64,000 nucleotides of DNA from Planctomycetota bacterium (GCA_044225365.1 JBGAIQ010000001.1:96001-160000); one strand, 5' to 3'; positions 35,840 through 45,564 are shown, counted from the first letter of the stretch. Program-made: numbers and translations. Notes: generated by a model not told the origin, from the letters alone.

Positions 35840-36658
35840 TCAGAAGTCCGTATCGAGGGCGTCGCGGCTCGGAGAGTTGCGGATCGTGACGCGGCGACCG
35901 AAACGGCAAATGCCGCGGCGCGTCTTGCGGATGAAATCGATGATCGTTGCCGCTTCGTCGGAGGCCTCGAGACGCTCGACCTCCGCGATCGCGTCGGGGA
36001 TCGGGAGTCGGAAGAAGAAGCGGAAGATGCGCCGGATGCGGTTGCGCGCTTCGGGATCGAATCCGCTGCGGCGCAGACCCACGACGTTCGAACCGACGAT
36101 CGTGTCGATTCCCGACGCCATGCTGAACGGGATCACGTCCTTGCCGATGCCGCCGAGCCCCTGGACGATCGCGAGTCGCCCGATGCGGGCGAATTGATGG
36201 ACCACGACGTTCCCCGAGATGAACGCCCGGTCCTGGACCTCGACATGGCCGCCGAGCAGCGCTCCGTTCACCAGAGTGACGGAGTTCCCGATGTGGCAGT
36301 CATGCGCGACGTGAGCGTGACCCATGATCAGGTTGTCGTCACCGATGCTCGTGACTCCGGTGCCTTGAACCGTTCCGCGGTGGATCTCGGCGTGCTCGCG
36401 AATCGTATTGCGATTGCCGATCACGAGGCGCGTCGGCTCGCCCTTGTAACCCATGTGCTGCGGTTCATGGCCGATGACCGCGAACGGATGGATCACGTTG
36501 TCGCAACCGATCTCGGTATGACCCGAGACGTGGACGAAGGCGACGAGACGGGTTCGGGGACCGATCTTCGCCGGGCCGTCGACGACGACACAGGGACCGA
36601 TCTCGACGTCGGAGGCGATCTCGGCGCGCGGATCGACGACAGCGGTGGGGTGGATCAA
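35840..36658 (-). CDS. lpxA: Acyl-ACP--UDP-GlcNAc acyltransferase (stand-alone LpxA)
   Basis: IHPTAVVDP, hexapeptide repeats, IHRGT, HVAHDC, GHV, VHQF, N.VGLRR.GF; TTG start inferred. Confidence 0.9.
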   Translation of the reverse strand: MIHPTAVVDPRAEIASDVEIGPCVVVDGPAKIGPRTRLVAFVHVSGHTEIGCDNVIHPFAVIGHEPQHMGYKGEPTRLVIGNRNTIREHAEIHRGTVQGTGVTSIGDDNLIMGHAHVAHDCHIGNSVTLVNGALLGGHVEVQDRAFISGNVVVHQFARIGRLAIVQGLGGIGKDVIPFSMASGIDTIVGSNVVGLRRSGFDPEARNRIRRIFRFFFRLPIPDAIAEVERLEASDEAATIIDFIRKTRRGICRFGRRVTIRNSPSRDALDTDF

Positions 36659-36815
36659 GGAGGTTGCCTCGGCGGTTCTTTTCGATTCGGGGTGCGGGCC
36701 CGGTCGCGAACGAGCGAACCTGCATGCGACAGTCGAACGAAACACGTTATCCGGTGGAAACGTCGCGATCCAGCGTCGGTTTTCGACGTGGCAACCGCTC
36801 GCCGTTGCCCGCGAC

Positions 36816-38375
36816 TCAGAGGTGCAGGATTTCGGCGTCGTCCCACGAGTACACGATCTGAGGATTGACTGCATCGGGATACTCGCCGCCGCCCATCAGC
36901 AGCACCGTGCCGTCGCACAGCAAGTTCGCCGAGAAGTTCGCGCGGGGTCGAATCATCGCGATCGAGCCGTAGAACGTTCCGTTCTGGTCGAGGATGTCGA
37001 TCGTGGCGTCCGGAGTCGGACTGGTCAGGATTCCGTACGCGCCCCCCGCGATCGCGACCAGCCCATCGTTCGTTCGGACGACCGTCGTGAGAGCGCGCGC
37101 GACCGACATCGTCGTGACGATCTGGAACGAGTTGGTTCCGACGTCGTATTCGGCGATCGAGTTGGTCGCGGTCGGGGTCAGCGCAGTGCCCTGCGCGCCG
37201 CCGATCAACCACACGTTGCCGTTGTCCAGTCGTATGGCCGCATGGCCGAAGCGGTCGCCCGTCGACATCGTCGCATTGGCGGTCAGCGTGCCGATCCCGG
37301 CATTCGGCGTGTAGAGCTGGAACTTGTCGGAGATCGCGGGGATTCCGAAGAGGCCGAGCGTGTAGCCGCCGGTGAGGAGGATCTTGTTGTTCGCGAGCGT
37401 CGTCGCCGTGTGGCCAATGCGAGGCTCGGCCATGTCGGGCCCGGCCGTCCATGTGTTGGTCGCCGGATTGAAGATCGTCGTCGACTTGAGGGCGCCGAGC
37501 AGCGTCGCCAACGCATTGGCGAACGAGTTGGTTCCTCCCGTGATCCAGACTCGGCCGTCGGGCAGGAGGTTCGCGGTGTGAAGCGCTCGCGGCGTCGACA
37601 TGTTCGGCAGAGCGACGGAAGTGTGGGTGGCCGGGTCGTAGAGCTCGGCGAACGCGGTCGGATCCCCGACGCCGTCGTCCGCACCGCCGGCGAGCAGGAT
37701 CTTGCCGTTCGCCAACCTCGTGGCCGTGTGCGAGACGCGGGGCTGCAGCATGTCGCCGAGATGCGTGAACGTCTGCGTTGCGGGGTCGTAGCGATCGATC
37801 GACCGCTGGCCGTAGGACGCTGCGACTCCGTCCGCGCCGCCGCCGAAGACGAGTAGGGAATTGTCGGGCATCGCCACGACGGCCTGACCCGCGCGGGCGA
37901 CGTTCATGGTGCTCGCGACGGCGCGCGTCGTCTGCGGCATCGACGGCGTCCAGATCCACGGGTTCGACTTGCCGCCGAAGTGAACGTTGTTCACGATCCG
38001 CAACGCCTGGAGATGCAATGTCAGAACCTGCAGGATCGGGTCGTAGGGGAAAGGAAGGGGGATCACGACCTTTCCACCGGCGGGAATCGTGCCGAGGAAC
38101 CCGGGGATCGCGAGCGATAGATCGATGAGATCGAACCCGACGTCGATCGAACTCGGGGTGTGCGGCGGCGGGAGCACGGTGGGGCCGCCGGAGAGCGAGA
38201 GCACCACGAGGTACGAATCACCGGGTGTCCCTGACACTTCGACCGTCGTAATGGACCCCTCGGTCGCACCGCCGACCGATTTCAACGTCAAGACGTCGCC
38301 GATTGCGCTCGTCGCTCCGATACCCGCGAAGACCGTGGTAGCGACGAAGAAGCCCGCGATCGAAGAGCGATTCAT
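36816..38375 (-). CDS. Secreted Kelch/galactose-oxidase-type beta-propeller protein
   Basis: Signal peptide; about 6 repeats of R..HTAT.L.DG.VL..GG…ELYDP. Confidence 0.88.
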   Translation of the reverse strand: MNRSSIAGFFVATTVFAGIGATSAIGDVLTLKSVGGATEGSITTVEVSGTPGDSYLVVLSLSGGPTVLPPPHTPSSIDVGFDLIDLSLAIPGFLGTIPAGGKVVIPLPFPYDPILQVLTLHLQALRIVNNVHFGGKSNPWIWTPSMPQTTRAVASTMNVARAGQAVVAMPDNSLLVFGGGADGVAASYGQRSIDRYDPATQTFTHLGDMLQPRVSHTATRLANGKILLAGGADDGVGDPTAFAELYDPATHTSVALPNMSTPRALHTANLLPDGRVWITGGTNSFANALATLLGALKSTTIFNPATNTWTAGPDMAEPRIGHTATTLANNKILLTGGYTLGLFGIPAISDKFQLYTPNAGIGTLTANATMSTGDRFGHAAIRLDNGNVWLIGGAQGTALTPTATNSIAEYDVGTNSFQIVTTMSVARALTTVVRTNDGLVAIAGGAYGILTSPTPDATIDILDQNGTFYGSIAMIRPRANFSANLLCDGTVLLMGGGEYPDAVNPQIVYSWDDAEILHL

Positions 38376-38599
38376 GACGTCTCCCGGGAGTGGCCGGCGT
38401 GCGCACGGCGGATGCATCCAGTATTGCATCATCCTATTCCGAATCGGGCGCTCGGGAAAGCGCCTCGGAACCGACGCCCACGGGCGACGGGGGAGCGATC
38501 TCGAAACGTCGTGGAGCGAGACGGAAGTGTCCAACCGTCGAATGCCGATGAGCCGAGTGCTACATTCGAAACCGTCCCCGCTCGGTCCGGAGGTGTGCG

Positions 38600-41524
38600 T
38601 TGCGCGTTCTCGCGGTCGTCGTCCCTTGTTTCCTCGTCGCCACCCTCGCTTCCGCCCGTCAGGACGACGTCGGCGTCGCGGACGATTTGAAACTCGCGCG
38701 CGAGGAACTCGACGCGGGGCACTTTTACAAGGCATCGAAGGTCCTGAAGGCCGTGCTCGACGAGACGCCCGACCTCGCGGCGGCGTCGTTGCTCTATCTC
38801 GAGTCCGAGTCGGCTCAAGGACACTACGAGACGGCCGACGAGGTCGATGCGAAGCTCGCTCAGCTCGCAGCGCACACCGAAGAGATCGATGCGGCCCGGG
38901 CACGCTACGCGTTCGCTCGCGGGCAGTACGATCGAGCGAACTCTCTGGCGGAATCTCTCGCGAGTTCGGCGCGCGACCGCGGACGCGTCCTCGAGGCCGA
39001 TTGGATGCGCGTCGCCATCTTGTTCGGACGCGGTGAACGCGAGGCGGCGCGAACGCTCGCGAAGACCGTGCTACCGACGAAGATCGGGAAGGACGGAGAT
39101 CCCGTCGAACTCTTCGGTGCGGCAAGGATCCTGCGCGCGATCGGGCAGCTCGAACTCGCTGCGGAATGTTGCGTCTACGCCGAGCGCACGCTGCGCAGTC
39201 AGAATCGATCCACGGCGGACGTCCTACTCCTTCTCGGCGACCTCGAACGCGCGGCGCTGTCGCTCGATTCGGGGTCGGACGGGGGCGCTCCGCGAGCGTT
39301 TGCGACCTACCGCGATGCGCTCGAACAGAATTCCGGACTCGTCGCCGCAAAAGTGGGGCGAGCCTGGATGCACCTCTACGTCAACGCGAGCGTCGAGGCC
39401 GAGGCGGAGATCGACGATGCGCTCCTCATCAATCCTCGCGACCCCGACGCGCTCGTCGTGAAGGCGTGGATCCAGGTCGGTGATGCGAGATACGCCGACG
39501 CTCTGAAGACGCTCGAGCCAGCGCTCGTCACCAATCCGAACCACAAGAAGGCGCATGCTGTGCGCGCAGCGGCGTTCCATCTGCTGCGGCGTACCGACGA
39601 GTTCGCAACCGAGGAGAAGACGCTCCTCGCGCTCGATCCAACCTACGGCGAACTCTATTGGACGATCGGCGACGCGCTGTCGAAGGTGTATCGCTTCGAG
39701 GAAGCGGTGCCGTTCCACGAACGCGCTGTGAAGCTCGATCCCGAGTTGCCGCTCGCTCCGATCTCCCTCGGACGCGACCTCTGTTTCAGTGGACGCGAGG
39801 CCGAGGGCCAGGAGGCGCTCGAGAAGTCCGAACAGACGCATCCCTTCGCGCATCCGTGGCGCAACAACATGCTCCTCGTGATGAAGAAGCTGCGCGACGA
39901 GTTCGTGGCGGTCGAGTCGAAGGACTTCGACATCAAGATGAACATCGACGAGAACGCCGTTCTCGGTCCGCTGCTGCGAGACACGCTCGAGAGCGACATC
40001 GTCAAGCTCGAGACGAAGTACGGCTGGCACATCGAGCGCAAAGTGCTCGTCGAGATGTTCCCGGAGATGGCGGACTTCTCCGTTCGCTCCGTGGGACTCG
40101 TCGGTGTCGGTGCGGTCGGAGTCTGTTTCGGACACCTCGTCACGCTCGTCTCGCCCCGCTCCGAAGCGCGCTGGACGTTCGTCTGGCGGCGCACCGCGCT
40201 CCACGAATTGACGCACGTCTTCACGCTCGGACGCTCCAAGAAGCGGGTTCCCCGGTGGTTCACCGAGGGACTCTCGGTGTACGAAGAGCGCTGCGTGAAG
40301 ACGAACTGGTATCGCGATCAGATCGCCGAGTTGAACGACGCCGTCGCGAATCACGATCTCCTGCGCCTGCGGACCTTCAACGCAGCGTTCCGCGGGCCGC
40401 GAATCGGATTCGGGTACTTCCAGGCGGGACTCGTCTGCGAGTTCATCGCGAAGACGTACGGCTTCGACAAGATCCTCGCGATGCTCGATGCCTATGCCGA
40501 CGACCTCGAGACACCGAACGTGATCGATCGCGTCTTCCATAAGTCGCCCGAGGCGCTCGACGACGAGTTCGAGGCATGGGTGCGCGCCAACATCCTGAAA
40601 GGAGTGGCGGTGCAGGCGTCCTACGGAATCGACGAGCGCAAGCGGATGCGCGATCGGATCAAGAAGGACCCGAACGACGTCGAGACCATGGCTCAGCTCG
40701 CATGGGCGCTGTATCAGAGTGGGAATTCCGTCGACGCCGGCACGATGCTCGACAAGGTCCTCAAGATCGATCCCTCGAATCCGGCCGCGCTACGGCTCCT
40801 TGGTCGCCGCGATCTCGAGAATGGCCGCGAGGATCTCGCGCGGGAGCACCTCGAACGAGCATTCGCGACGGGGAAGTACGAGTACTACTCCAGTCTGCTG
40901 GTCGCGAGATTGCGGAACGAGGCGAAGGACGACAAGGGCACCGAAGAGGCGCTTCGCGCGGCTCACGATTGCTTCAAGGACGATCCGTCGGACTCCTCGG
41001 CGAGCGACCAGCTCCGCAAATTCCTTCTCGAGCGCGGTCGGGACGACGAGGCTCGGGCCCTCCTGCTCGAGCGCATCGAGTTGATCGAGTCGGCGTTTCG
41101 GCCCCGTCTCGACTACGCGGAGGGGTTGTTCGAGAGCGGCGATCTCGCGACGGCCGAGCACTACATCGATGAAGCGGAAGACATCGATCCTTTCTCGCGA
41201 CGCGTATACCGCATGCGTGCAGCCGTGGCGACCGCGGGCAAGCATCCCGCCGACGCCATCACCGCGCTGCGGCGCGCCCTTCTCGTTGACCGTCGGTTGG
41301 AGCAGGGTTATAGTCCGCCGCGTTCTCCCGAGGAGCGAACGAAGTTCGAGGCGGAGGAGAAGCAGCAGCAGCGCGAGATCCTGATTCAGATCGTCGAAGC
41401 AGAGCTGGAACTCAGCGACCTCGACGCGGCGACGAAGGATCTCGATCGGCTGCGACAGATCGATCCGCAGGCGGGTGATTTGAAGCGCCTCGCGGAGGCC
41501 ATCGAGGCGCGACGCGAGAAGTGA
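38600..41524 (+). CDS. Secreted TPR protein with central peptidase MA-like (gluzincin) domain
   Basis: GGAGG RBS + TTG; signal peptide; TPR arrays flank LHELTHV…PRWFTEGLSVYEE. Confidence 0.85.
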   Translation: MRVLAVVVPCFLVATLASARQDDVGVADDLKLAREELDAGHFYKASKVLKAVLDETPDLAAASLLYLESESAQGHYETADEVDAKLAQLAAHTEEIDAARARYAFARGQYDRANSLAESLASSARDRGRVLEADWMRVAILFGRGEREAARTLAKTVLPTKIGKDGDPVELFGAARILRAIGQLELAAECCVYAERTLRSQNRSTADVLLLLGDLERAALSLDSGSDGGAPRAFATYRDALEQNSGLVAAKVGRAWMHLYVNASVEAEAEIDDALLINPRDPDALVVKAWIQVGDARYADALKTLEPALVTNPNHKKAHAVRAAAFHLLRRTDEFATEEKTLLALDPTYGELYWTIGDALSKVYRFEEAVPFHERAVKLDPELPLAPISLGRDLCFSGREAEGQEALEKSEQTHPFAHPWRNNMLLVMKKLRDEFVAVESKDFDIKMNIDENAVLGPLLRDTLESDIVKLETKYGWHIERKVLVEMFPEMADFSVRSVGLVGVGAVGVCFGHLVTLVSPRSEARWTFVWRRTALHELTHVFTLGRSKKRVPRWFTEGLSVYEERCVKTNWYRDQIAELNDAVANHDLLRLRTFNAAFRGPRIGFGYFQAGLVCEFIAKTYGFDKILAMLDAYADDLETPNVIDRVFHKSPEALDDEFEAWVRANILKGVAVQASYGIDERKRMRDRIKKDPNDVETMAQLAWALYQSGNSVDAGTMLDKVLKIDPSNPAALRLLGRRDLENGREDLAREHLERAFATGKYEYYSSLLVARLRNEAKDDKGTEEALRAAHDCFKDDPSDSSASDQLRKFLLERGRDDEARALLLERIELIESAFRPRLDYAEGLFESGDLATAEHYIDEAEDIDPFSRRVYRMRAAVATAGKHPADAITALRRALLVDRRLEQGYSPPRSPEERTKFEAEEKQQQREILIQIVEAELELSDLDAATKDLDRLRQIDPQAGDLKRLAEAIEARREK

Positions 41525-41763
41525 CGCATCGAGTGGCTTCGGCAAAGGCCGTGGCAATGGTGATGGTGAGGGTTCGGTTCGGCGACAGCGTGGCGGTGGA
41601 GCGCAGGACTTTCTTGGACGAAATCGAAACGGGCCGCATTCCCGATGACGAATCCGCGCGCAGTGCGGACTCGATCGAGGTCACCCTGCCTCGCGCACCG
41701 AGTGCGCGGGGAACGAGCGATGGTTCGAGTCCGACCTCCGGGTTCTCGAAGTTCCCCGTTGCG

Positions 41764-43122
41764 ATGAGCGCGATCGGTGCGTCCGCCGCCGACACGGCGC
41801 GGGCGAGCCCGTTCGCTCGCGAATTGTGGACTTCGGTTCGCGACGCGTTCCGCGCCACGAACGGACCGGCGATCGCCGATCTCTGGCTCAGTCAGGTGCA
41901 ACCGATCGCATTCACGAAGGGCGTGTTCACGATCGCCGTTCCGAACGATCTCGTGCGCGATTGGCTCGAGTCGAAATACCGGCAACAGATCGAGTCGATC
42001 TTCCAGGATCTGACGGGCAGTCCCGTGCGCGTGCTGTTCCGTCACGAGGCGATGCTGCCCGTGACGGCGCGCGACATGCAGGCCGAGCGCGGCCAGTCCG
42101 ACGAGAATCGTGCGGCGCCGTTCGTGGTACGTCCGGAGAACCGCCTCGCGCATGCCGCCCTGCTGCGCCAACTCGCTGATCCTTCGACCGGCAATCCGCT
42201 CTTCATCTACGGTCCGTCGGGCGTCGGAAAGACCGTCCTCGTGCGGCACCACCTCGAGCGCTACGCCGAACAGCTCGGCGGTCCGCGGGCCACTGTTTCG
42301 GTCAATGCCGAGGCCTTCTCGCAGGACCTCGTCGCCGCGCTCAAGGACAACGAACTCTCCGCATTCCGCGGGCGAATGCTCGCCGCGGATGTCTTCGTTC
42401 TCGAGGAAGCCCATCGACTCCGCGGGAAGCCTCGGACTCAGCGCGAGTTCCTCTCGATCCTGCGCTATCACGTCGAGCGGGGTAGACCGGTGATCCTGAC
42501 GAGCCGCCATCCGCCGAATGGGATCTTCCTGCTCGACGAGGCCCTTCGCTCCTACTTTCTGTCGGGCATCCTCGTTCGCATCCCGGAGTACCCCGATCCC
42601 TCGCGCGTCGCGATCCTCGCCGAGCTCAGCAAGCGCCACGCGCGGCCGATGCCGATCGAGACCATCGAACGCGTGGTCGCGCGGGTTCCGGGTTCGTTCG
42701 ATCGCCAGGTGCGATTCCTCGACAAGGTGGCCGCGTTCGCTGCGCTCTCCAACAGCGACGCGACGCTCGAGTTCCTCTCCGCGCGCTTCCCCGAACTCTC
42801 GGGACAACCCGGCATCGAACTCGACATCAAGTCGTTGATCGAGCTGACCGCTCGTGAGTTCGGGACGAGCGCCGAGGAAGTGGCTTCGAACTGCAAGGTG
42901 CGGACGGCGGTGCTCGCGCGACATGTCGTCGTCTACGTCGCGACGCTCGTCTTCAACATGAAGGCGAACCGGGTGATGCGGCATCTCGGCGGACTCTCGC
43001 CCTCGACGACGGCGTACGCTCGGCGGCGAGTCGAAGAGATGAGGCGCAAGGATCCCATGTTCGATTCGCGGATCCACCAATTGTTGGACCGACTCCAGCG
43101 CGGCCAGAAGTTGTTGTTCTGA
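41764..43122 (+). CDS. DnaA-like protein (divergent paralogue, domains I-IV; start uncertain)
   Basis: Domain I (W…VPN…DWLE..Y), NPLFIYGPSGVGKT, ILTS, R.AIL, C-terminal HTH-like region; many key residues altered. Confidence 0.85.
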   Translation: MSAIGASAADTARASPFARELWTSVRDAFRATNGPAIADLWLSQVQPIAFTKGVFTIAVPNDLVRDWLESKYRQQIESIFQDLTGSPVRVLFRHEAMLPVTARDMQAERGQSDENRAAPFVVRPENRLAHAALLRQLADPSTGNPLFIYGPSGVGKTVLVRHHLERYAEQLGGPRATVSVNAEAFSQDLVAALKDNELSAFRGRMLAADVFVLEEAHRLRGKPRTQREFLSILRYHVERGRPVILTSRHPPNGIFLLDEALRSYFLSGILVRIPEYPDPSRVAILAELSKRHARPMPIETIERVVARVPGSFDRQVRFLDKVAAFAALSNSDATLEFLSARFPELSGQPGIELDIKSLIELTAREFGTSAEEVASNCKVRTAVLARHVVVYVATLVFNMKANRVMRHLGGLSPSTTAYARRRVEEMRRKDPMFDSRIHQLLDRLQRGQKLLF

Positions 43123-43139
43123 GCCCCGGGATTCGCGGC

Positions 43140-43283
43140 TTTTCCACAAGTTCTCCCGGCGATCCAGCGTGTCTCCAATGTGGCCACAACCATTTTTCAA
43201 GCAAGATGGTTGCGTCGATCTCGAGGAGCGTTCGTCGAAGCTTTGGAATTCTCGATGGAGTAGTTTCGAACAGGTTTTCCACA
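43140..43283 (+). promoter_or_regulatory. DnaA-box cluster
   Basis: TTTTCCACA at 43140-43148 and 43275-43283 (match TTWTNCACA), each with an adjacent degenerate 9-mer. Confidence 0.55.
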
Positions 43284-43338
43284 TTCGTCGCCCCGATCGT
43301 TCGAATCCGGACGCTCGCGTGACCCTCGAGGTACCGAG

Positions 43339-43944
43339 ATGTTCATCGTGATCGAAGGAATCGACGGCTGTGGCAAGACCACCCAGGCCTCTCGCCTCGT
43401 CACGCATCTGGAGCGACGCGGTCGCCGGGTGCTCCATGTGCGGGAACCCGGCACGACCCGGCTCGGCGAGCGCTTGCGCGACATCGTTCTGTCGCGCACG
43501 GACATTCCGATCAGTCCGCGTGCCGAAGCACTGCTCTACTCCTGCGCGCGAGCCGAACTCGTGGAGTCGGTCCTGAAGCCAGCGTTGAAACAGGGCGAGA
43601 TCGTGGTCTGCGAGCGGTACGCCTATTCGACCTTGGCGTATCAGGGCGCCGGCCTACAGCTCGACGAAGATCTCCTCGACGCCGTGCAACGCTTCGCGAT
43701 CGCAGGTTTGAAACCGGAGCGCGTGATCCTCCTCGACCTCGATCCCGCCACCGCTCGTACGAGATTGAGCGGCAAGGCCGATCGGATCGAGGCGCGCGGA
43801 AGCGACTATTTCGATCGCGTCCGCAAGTCGTTCCTCGATCTTGCTGCAGGCGATCCAACGCGTTTCGTCGTGGTCGATGCGTCGCGAGCCGTCGATCTGG
43901 TGGCTGCGGATGTCGCGCGGGCGGTGGACGATGCCGTTTCGTGA
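43339..43944 (+). CDS. tmk: Thymidylate kinase
   Basis: FIVIEGIDGCGKTTQ, REPG.T, R…STLAYQG, DRIE. Confidence 0.95.
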   Translation: MFIVIEGIDGCGKTTQASRLVTHLERRGRRVLHVREPGTTRLGERLRDIVLSRTDIPISPRAEALLYSCARAELVESVLKPALKQGEIVVCERYAYSTLAYQGAGLQLDEDLLDAVQRFAIAGLKPERVILLDLDPATARTRLSGKADRIEARGSDYFDRVRKSFLDLAAGDPTRFVVVDASRAVDLVAADVARAVDDAVS

Positions 43945-45055
43945 TGTCCTCGGCCACGCCGCGGTGATCGCGAATCTGCGCGCCGCGTTGATTCGGGACT
44001 GTCTTCCGCACGCGTTGCTGTTCGCGGGGCGCCTAGGAATCGGCAAGCACACGGTTGCGCGCGCCCTGCTCGCGGCGCGCTATTGCGAACGACGGCGGGA
44101 CGGCGATGCCTGCGGCGCCTGCCCGGAGTGTCGGCGGATCGCGCAGAACGAACACAACGACGTGATCCTGCTCGGTCGCGAGCGCGGGAAGCGCGACATT
44201 GGCATCGCGGCGATTCGCGAAGTTCAGGGTGCTCTCCATCTCGCGTCGACGTCGGGGCGAGGGCGGGCGACGATCCTCGACGGGGCGGAGCGCATGACGG
44301 AGGAGGCGCAGAACGCCTTCTTGAAGACGCTGGAGGAGCCTCCCGCAAAGGCGGTCATCGTCCTCGTATCGAGCGCCGTCGATCGCCTGCTTCCCACGAT
44401 TCGCTCGCGTTGCGCGGTGCATCGCTTCGCGCCGCTCACGACCTCGGAGATGGAGGTCTTCGTCGCGAGGATGTCGAACACGCGCTCGAGCGTTCCTGTG
44501 ACGGTCGCGCGAGGCAGCCCGGGCCATTGGAGCGAGATCACGAAGCCGCCGCATCCAGAAGCTCGAGCCCTCGTGCTCGACCTCCTGCTCGATCCCGCTC
44601 TCTCTCCGTTTGCGTTCGCGATGCGAATGCAGGAACTCGCCTTGACCGAGGAAGAGGAGCCCGAGGACGTCGCGCCCGTGGACCCCGCCGGAACGTTGTC
44701 CGCCGAGGAAGAGGAGGTGGTTTCCGACTCCTCCGAGATCGGCCGGCAGCGGCTCGAGCAGTGGCTGCTCCTCCTCGAATGGGCGCTTCGCGATGTCCTC
44801 GTACTCGCGATGAACCGAGGATCGGCGCATCGAAATGCCCATCTCGTCCATGCCGACAAGGAAGTCGATTTCTCTCGCCTCGCCGGATCCGTCCCCGCGG
44901 AAGTGTTCTTCCCGTTGCTCGATTCGATCGAGCGCGCGCGCGGGGATCTGCATCGCAACGTCGATCGGGCCCTCACGCTGGAGACCCTCGCCATCGAATT
45001 GCGATCGCGGCTGAAGTACACGCGCGGTCCGCGATCGACTTCGACCTCACGCTGA
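43931..45055 (+). CDS. holB: DNA polymerase III delta-prime subunit
   Basis: HALLF.G..GIGK, C…CG.C..C, AQNAFLKTLEEPP, LLPTIRSRC; follows tmk. Confidence 0.9.
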   Translation: MPFRDVLGHAAVIANLRAALIRDCLPHALLFAGRLGIGKHTVARALLAARYCERRRDGDACGACPECRRIAQNEHNDVILLGRERGKRDIGIAAIREVQGALHLASTSGRGRATILDGAERMTEEAQNAFLKTLEEPPAKAVIVLVSSAVDRLLPTIRSRCAVHRFAPLTTSEMEVFVARMSNTRSSVPVTVARGSPGHWSEITKPPHPEARALVLDLLLDPALSPFAFAMRMQELALTEEEEPEDVAPVDPAGTLSAEEEEVVSDSSEIGRQRLEQWLLLLEWALRDVLVLAMNRGSAHRNAHLVHADKEVDFSRLAGSVPAEVFFPLLDSIERARGDLHRNVDRALTLETLAIELRSRLKYTRGPRSTSTSR

Positions 45056-45116
45056 TCCCGACTTCTCGCGCATCCGCCTCAAGGTGGGCCCGCGAACTTC
45101 CGATGACGTAGGAAGC

Positions 45117-45139
45117 CGCCCCGACCGGCGGGGCGTTTT
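45117..45139 (+). terminator. Probable intrinsic terminator after holB
   Basis: CGCCCCG-ACCGG-CGGGGCG-TTTT. Confidence 0.5.
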
Positions 45140-45165
45140 GGAATCTGCGAGCCAGGATCCACGTC

Positions 45166-45564
45166 ATGGCGGGCACGACACCAGTCGATCGCAAGGTCCT
45201 CGAGATCGTACGCAGCGACGGGCGCTATCGAGCGGCGGCGTATACGTTCGTATTCGAGGCGCTCGACTTCGCGATGCAGCGTCATGGCCGTGAGCGAAGG
45301 CGAGGCGCGGAACGCCACCTCTCGGTGCCCGAGCTGCTGGGCTCGATGCGAGACTACGCGATCGAGCAATACGGACCGCTCTCCCGCACCGTTCTCGAGT
45401 CGATGGGGATCTTCGGCACGGCCGATCTCGGAGAGATCGTGTTCGGACTCGTTGACAAGGGCCTGTTGAACAAACAGGATTCCGACACCAAGGAACAGTT
45501 CGCGGAGGGCTACGACTTCCGCGAAGCGTTCAACGAGCGCGAGCTGATCGCACGCGTCGGTTGA
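45166..45564 (+). CDS. Minf_1886-family (Verruco/Plancto-restricted) protein
   Basis: D.RY..AAY.FVFEAL, H.S..EL, YG.L…VL..MGI..T.D.GEIVF.LV. Confidence 0.85.
   Translation: MAGTTPVDRKVLEIVRSDGRYRAAAYTFVFEALDFAMQRHGRERRRGAERHLSVPELLGSMRDYAIEQYGPLSRTVLESMGIFGTADLGEIVFGLVDKGLLNKQDSDTKEQFAEGYDFREAFNERELIARVG

Noticed and set aside
41521-41763. N-terminal extension of the DnaA-like ORF
   Set aside because: No DnaA similarity before domain I; a downstream ATG (41764) is more plausible.
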